From Actinomycetota bacterium (GTDB taxonomy: Bacteria > Actinomycetota > Actinomycetes > Nanopelagicales > Nanopelagicaceae): 64,000 bases of DNA. Location of the stretch: positions 2,239-66,238 of the forward strand of contig WLIQ01000002.1 in the NCBI GenBank assembly GCA_009726135.1, in the 5' to 3' direction. A program made the translations under genes and the position numbers. Shown one piece after another: positions 59,639 to 64,000 of the stretch. The notes below the pieces were generated by a model. It ran no database searches. It saw nothing but the letters and a program-made list of their open reading frames with translations, and had not been told where the DNA came from. The first letter of the stretch is position 1. The number at the start of each line of letters is the position of its first letter.

Positions 59639-60993
59639 GCCTTTCTCTCTACGATACGGCAACTCGAAAAACGATGCCGGTTATTTCAACTCTTGGTAAA
59701 ACGACAATGTATTGCTGTGGGCCAACGGTTTATCGCGATGCACATGTTGGGAATTTAAGAACATTTTTATTATCGGATTTAGTCCGCAGAGTGCTTGAGT
59801 CACACGGTAACACTGTTGAACTTATCCAAAATATTACCGATGTCGGTCATATGTCCGATGATTTTGAAGCTGAAGACAAGATGCTTGCGCAGGCTAAAAC
59901 CGAGGCCATGGACCCATTTGCAGTTGCACGTAAATATGAGCAAAAATTTCATATTGACTTGAATCGCTTAAACGTTAAACCTGCGGATAAGTTCCCGCGA
60001 GCAAGTGAATCAATTGAACTCATGTTGGTAATGATTGCCCAACTTATCGAAAAGGAATTTGCATACGTTGGTGATGATGGCTCTGTTTATTTTGATGCAC
60101 GCAGCGTGGAAAGTTACGGAGCAATTAGCGGGAATCGACTTGATGCGCTCAAACCAGGACATCGATACGAATACAGCGAAGATGGTGCCAAAAGATTTCA
60201 CGCTGACTGGGCGTTATGGAAGGCAGCAGGTGCACGTAGTGAAATGATTTGGGATTCGCCTTGGGGTCCAGGCTTTCCTGGCTGGCATATTGAATGTTCT
60301 GCGATGTCACTTCACTACCTTGATTCTCATATCAATGTGCATGTGGGTGGAATTGATCTGCGCTTTCCGCATCATGAAAATGAACGAGCCCAATCAAATG
60401 CGATCACCGGAAATGAGAGTGTCGATTTATGGCTACACGGAGAGCATCTGCTTTTTGAAGGCCGAAAGATGTCGAAAAGTGCAGGAAATGTTGTGCTCCT
60501 GCAGGATGTTATTGCTAAAGGGTTCGATCCACTTGCAGTCAGATTGTGCTTTTTAGAAAACCGCTACCGATCTCAGATGGATTTAACATGGGCGGCTATT
60601 GAAGCTGCCGATGGACTGCTCAAGCGATGGCGAAAAAAAATCAAGGCTTGGAAGCAATCTGAGGTTACAGAAGATTTAGAGTTCTTAGCAATCATTGATA
60701 ATGATTTAGATACTCCTCGCGCAATTCAATATCTACGAAATGTTGAAAAGAATGATGACTTACCGGACCAGGCATCTCGATTTTTATATGCAGATAAAAT
60801 ATTAGGCCTAGATTTGAATCGAGTAGAGACAGAAAAAACTTTGACAAGAGAACAAGAAGAATTACTTGAATTGCGCATGATTGCCAGAAAAGAAAAGCGC
60901 TGGGACGATAGCGATGCCCTGCGATTGAAACTTGAAGTAACGGGTCTTGAAATTAAAGATTCTGCCGAGGGACAAGATTGGCAATGGCGTTAG
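59635..60993 (+). CDS. cysS: Cysteine--tRNA ligase
   Basis: CGPTVY..HVGN, PGWHIEC, FPHHENE, KMSKS, C-terminal anticodon helix RKEKRWDDSDALR. Confidence 0.92.
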   Translation: MSLSLYDTATRKTMPVISTLGKTTMYCCGPTVYRDAHVGNLRTFLLSDLVRRVLESHGNTVELIQNITDVGHMSDDFEAEDKMLAQAKTEAMDPFAVARKYEQKFHIDLNRLNVKPADKFPRASESIELMLVMIAQLIEKEFAYVGDDGSVYFDARSVESYGAISGNRLDALKPGHRYEYSEDGAKRFHADWALWKAAGARSEMIWDSPWGPGFPGWHIECSAMSLHYLDSHINVHVGGIDLRFPHHENERAQSNAITGNESVDLWLHGEHLLFEGRKMSKSAGNVVLLQDVIAKGFDPLAVRLCFLENRYRSQMDLTWAAIEAADGLLKRWRKKIKAWKQSEVTEDLEFLAIIDNDLDTPRAIQYLRNVEKNDDLPDQASRFLYADKILGLDLNRVETEKTLTREQEELLELRMIARKEKRWDDSDALRLKLEVTGLEIKDSAEGQDWQWR

Positions 60994-61301
60994 GCTGGAA
61001 GAAGGATTGCTAAAACCAAAGCCATAAAACCCACGTTAATTAGTGAAATACCAATAGAAGTACCTTCAATGAGGTACTCATCATTGATACCTGGAAACCC
61101 AGCACGCAATACAACGACTGTCCAAGCAATAGATGCCACTACACGAAGAGTTTTGCCACCCCACATGCGGCCAATGCTCCAAACTCCTGCCACTGTTGCC
61201 AATAAAACAAAAATCAAGCCAAATGGTACGAGCGAGGCGTGTATAAACACGGAACCTGCACCCAGACCTGCACCGATAGCTGCTGAATATAAATAACGCA
61301 C
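60990..61301 (-). CDS. Small membrane protein (DUF6113-like)
   Basis: Multi-TM; conserved position after mshB. Confidence 0.65.
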   Translation of the reverse strand: MRYLYSAAIGAGLGAGSVFIHASLVPFGLIFVLLATVAGVWSIGRMWGGKTLRVVASIAWTVVVLRAGFPGINDEYLIEGTSIGISLINVGFMALVLAILLPA

Positions 61302-62155
61302 TATAAAACTACTCCAGAAGTTAAATCGCTTTCACGACCATTTTCATCAAAAGGTTCGCACTTTGTTCCTTTAACGAGTGTGTAGTACTCGTGTCCCCAC
61401 ACCTGCTGGCCCAAGTTGTTAGATAAAGCAAAGAAAGGACCATCTAATGAAATCTGTGTCTCATGAGCCTTCATTGCAGCCATTTTTGCCTCAACATAAT
61501 TATTGCCATCGATGAGCGTTGTAACAAAGGCATCATCTTTTGCATATGGGAGATCATCAACGCTCTCTGCACCAAAGAAATCTGAGCCAAGTTCTTTCAT
61601 CTTTGCCATTCCCTCGGCCAGAACAGATTTTGGCATTGTGTTCCAATAAATTTTTTGAATCTGCCACGTAGAAAGTTCGCTAGCCCTCATTGCTACGCGG
61701 TGGGCTTGAATATGATCTGGATGACCATAGCCACCGATTTCATCGTAAGTAATCAAGATTTGTGGCTTTATTTCTTCGATTATTGCAACAAGCTGACCTG
61801 CAGCTGACTCTAAATTAGCTTGCCAGAAAACATCTGGTCGATTATTTGGTGGAGTATCCATCATTCCACTATCGCGGTAATTTCCAAGAAATCTAAAATC
61901 ATTTACTCCTAAGGCTTTCATCGCCTTAGCCAGTTCAATCTCGCGATGTTTTCCTAATTCATCATTTTGATTGCTAGCTAGATGCGATAACCCAGGAACT
62001 AAGACTTCGCCTTCTTCCCCGCGAGTGCACGTAACTAAAGTAACTTTTGCGCCGAGAGCGGCATAAAGGGCCATTGTCGCGCCATTGTTAATGGTTTCAT
62101 CATCAGGATGAGCGTGAACTAAGAGAATTCGATATCCCTCATATGAACTCTTCAT
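61301..62155 (-). CDS. mshB: GlcNAc-Ins deacetylase (mycothiol biosynthesis)
   Basis: LVHAHPDDETI, YRDSGM, GGYGHPDHIQAHRV, FALSNN. Confidence 0.9.
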   Translation of the reverse strand: MKSSYEGYRILLVHAHPDDETINNGATMALYAALGAKVTLVTCTRGEEGEVLVPGLSHLASNQNDELGKHREIELAKAMKALGVNDFRFLGNYRDSGMMDTPPNNRPDVFWQANLESAAGQLVAIIEEIKPQILITYDEIGGYGHPDHIQAHRVAMRASELSTWQIQKIYWNTMPKSVLAEGMAKMKELGSDFFGAESVDDLPYAKDDAFVTTLIDGNNYVEAKMAAMKAHETQISLDGPFFALSNNLGQQVWGHEYYTLVKGTKCEPFDENGRESDLTSGVVL

Positions 62156-63285
62156 AGCTTCTCCCATGCAAGTATTCCTCCAGTTAAATGGCGTGAGTTT
62201 TTAAACCCGGCACCTTGAATTATTTCTAGGCATTCCGCAGATCTAACACCAGAGCGACAATGTAGAATAATCTCTTTATCCAATGGAAGGGCAGACAGCG
62301 CGCTGTGATCTAAGAAAAACCCTTTAGGAATCAGGGTAGAACCAGGAATACGCGATTTCTCAAACTCCTCGGGCTCACGTACATCGATGAGTACGAATTC
62401 TTCATTGTCTGCAAATTTTTTGCGCAAATCTTTGGCAGATATCTCATCAGAAATATTAATTCCACAAAAGCTCTCGTAGTCATCTAACAGCTTTTGCTGT
62501 GGGGCATTTTGGCTACAAATCGCGCAGTTTGAATCTTTCTTAATATTAATCTTTGAGTATTGCGAATCAAGTGCGTCGTAAACCATTATTTTGCCTATTT
62601 GTAATTCACCGATTCCGGTAATGGCTTTAATGACCTCATTGACTTGCATTGATGCAATCGATGCACACAAAACACCTAAAACTCCGGCTTCGGCACAGTT
62701 TTGAACTGAGCCTGGTGGCGGAGGTGTTGGGTGAACGCACCGATAACAAGGGCCGTAGGTATTCCAAAAAATTGCAGCTTGACCATCGAAGCGATTAACA
62801 GAACCCCAGACATAAGGTTTATTCAGTAAAACAGCAGCATCGTTGACCAAATATCGTGTTGCAAAATTATCAGTTGCATCAATAATAATGTCGTAGTTAG
62901 CCAAAATCTCTAGAGCATTTACATTATCAATGCGTGAGTCATGAATTGTTACCAAGGTTGTTGGGTTAAGGTCAAGAATTTTCTTCTTGGCTATATCAAC
63001 TTTTCTCTCACCTATTTCTGCCTGCGTGTAGAGAATCTGCCTATGCAGATTGGTTTCATCTATTGAATCAAAATCAACAATCCCAATTGATCCGATACCC
63101 GCTGCAGCTAAATATAGAAGCGCGGGTGAACCAAGTCCTCCAGCACCAATGCACAAAACCTTTGAATTTCTTAACCTTTCTTGACCCAACTCTGAAACTT
63201 GTGGGATCACGATCTGGCGGCTGTAGCGAGTGCGCTCTGCATCGGTTAGCGATGGGCCTGATTTCACTAACGGCGGGATTTTCAT
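62152..63285 (-). CDS. moeB: MoeB/MoeZ adenylyltransferase-rhodanese fusion
   Basis: RYSRQ, GAGGLG, TDNF, CYRC, rhodanese HCRSGVRS. Confidence 0.9.
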   Translation of the reverse strand: MKIPPLVKSGPSLTDAERTRYSRQIVIPQVSELGQERLRNSKVLCIGAGGLGSPALLYLAAAGIGSIGIVDFDSIDETNLHRQILYTQAEIGERKVDIAKKKILDLNPTTLVTIHDSRIDNVNALEILANYDIIIDATDNFATRYLVNDAAVLLNKPYVWGSVNRFDGQAAIFWNTYGPCYRCVHPTPPPPGSVQNCAEAGVLGVLCASIASMQVNEVIKAITGIGELQIGKIMVYDALDSQYSKINIKKDSNCAICSQNAPQQKLLDDYESFCGINISDEISAKDLRKKFADNEEFVLIDVREPEEFEKSRIPGSTLIPKGFFLDHSALSALPLDKEIILHCRSGVRSAECLEIIQGAGFKNSRHLTGGILAWEKL

Positions 63286-63366
63286 AAGATGCCAATTCTG
63301 CCGTATTCAAGCACGGTGTGCTACATCTATTAGCCAATCACCACGACTGCCTCTACGATTGCGCCA

Positions 63367-63978
63367 ATGAGTACCGTTGACACTTCAAATAAGGCCCGTC
63401 TGCCTCGTGATGAACGTCGCGCACTTTTACTCTCGGCAGCACTTGAAGTCTTTACAGCGGCAGGATATCACTCAGCTGCAATGGATGAAATTGCAGATCG
63501 TGCAAATGTTAGTAAGCCAGTTCTGTATCAACATTTTCCATCAAAGCTTGAACTTTATTTGGCGGTTCTTGATTTGCATATTGACTCTTTAGTTTTTGAA
63601 ATTCAAAAGGCAATCGCTTCAACACCAGATAACGCCAATCGTGTACATGCAACTGTTGATGCCTACTTTGCTTTTATTGAAAAGGAGGGCGAAGCATTTA
63701 GATTGCTATTTGAAAGCGATATGAGTGTTGAGCCATCAGTTCGTGAACGACTTAATCGCATGACTTATGACTGCGCAGCGGCTGCAAGTGCTGTAATTTC
63801 TATTGATACAGGTCTTCCAAAAGAAGCTTCAATGCTCCTAGGTGTTGGAATGATTGGCTACGCCCAAGTAACTGCTCGCCATTGGCTAGATCGAGACAGC
63901 ACATTAACCCGTGAACAGGCTGTTGAATTAGTAAACAACCTCATGTGGAGAGGTATTTCGGGATTCCCGCGCAATTAA
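63367..63978 (+). CDS. TetR/AcrR family regulator
   Basis: MDEIADRANVSKPVLYQHFPSK, WRGISGFP. Confidence 0.92.
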   Translation: MSTVDTSNKARLPRDERRALLLSAALEVFTAAGYHSAAMDEIADRANVSKPVLYQHFPSKLELYLAVLDLHIDSLVFEIQKAIASTPDNANRVHATVDAYFAFIEKEGEAFRLLFESDMSVEPSVRERLNRMTYDCAAAASAVISIDTGLPKEASMLLGVGMIGYAQVTARHWLDRDSTLTREQAVELVNNLMWRGISGFPRN

Positions 63979-64000
63979 CTCCGATAGGATTACTTCTATG

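Noticed and set aside
59635-60993. MshC call because of proximity to mshB
   Set aside because: Has CGPTVY rather than CGITPY and retains the anticodon-binding tail, so it is CysRS

Overview
Chromosomal segment of a low-GC, streamlined actinobacterium. The whiB1/whiB2, mtrAB, pdtaS, mshB and Rv3235-secA genes, tiny intergenic gaps and many leaderless starts suggest the freshwater acI / Ca. Nanopelagicales group; this is an inference. The window has three zones. (1) 1-4600: the right end of an integrated phage-satellite-like element, with a wHTH-like gene, a concentric palindromic AT-rich origin candidate, a Zn-finger gene and eight small mostly envelope-targeted cargo genes. It ends at a tRNA-Lys(CTT) remnant split at the anticodon loop by a 73-bp double-hairpin insert. 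(2) 4660-21500: an accessory block combining PAPS synthesis (cysD, cysNC; no cysH in the window), two head-to-head paralogous sulfotransferases, TauE/SafE transporters, a secreted Ser/Asp-rich Fn3 protein and a complete Tad/Flp pilus operon whose TadC has an internal duplication. This is the best candidate for an undescribed surface-sulfation system. (3) 21500-64000: core genes (argG, GH13, TerC, hpf, trans-sulfuration, msrAB, tRNA-Arg, whiB1, pdtaS, secA, mtrAB, ahcY, manB, GT2, whiB2, manC, dapC, fdxA, cysS, mshB, moeB) with signs of streamlining. All calls come from reading motifs by eye; no database searches were run.
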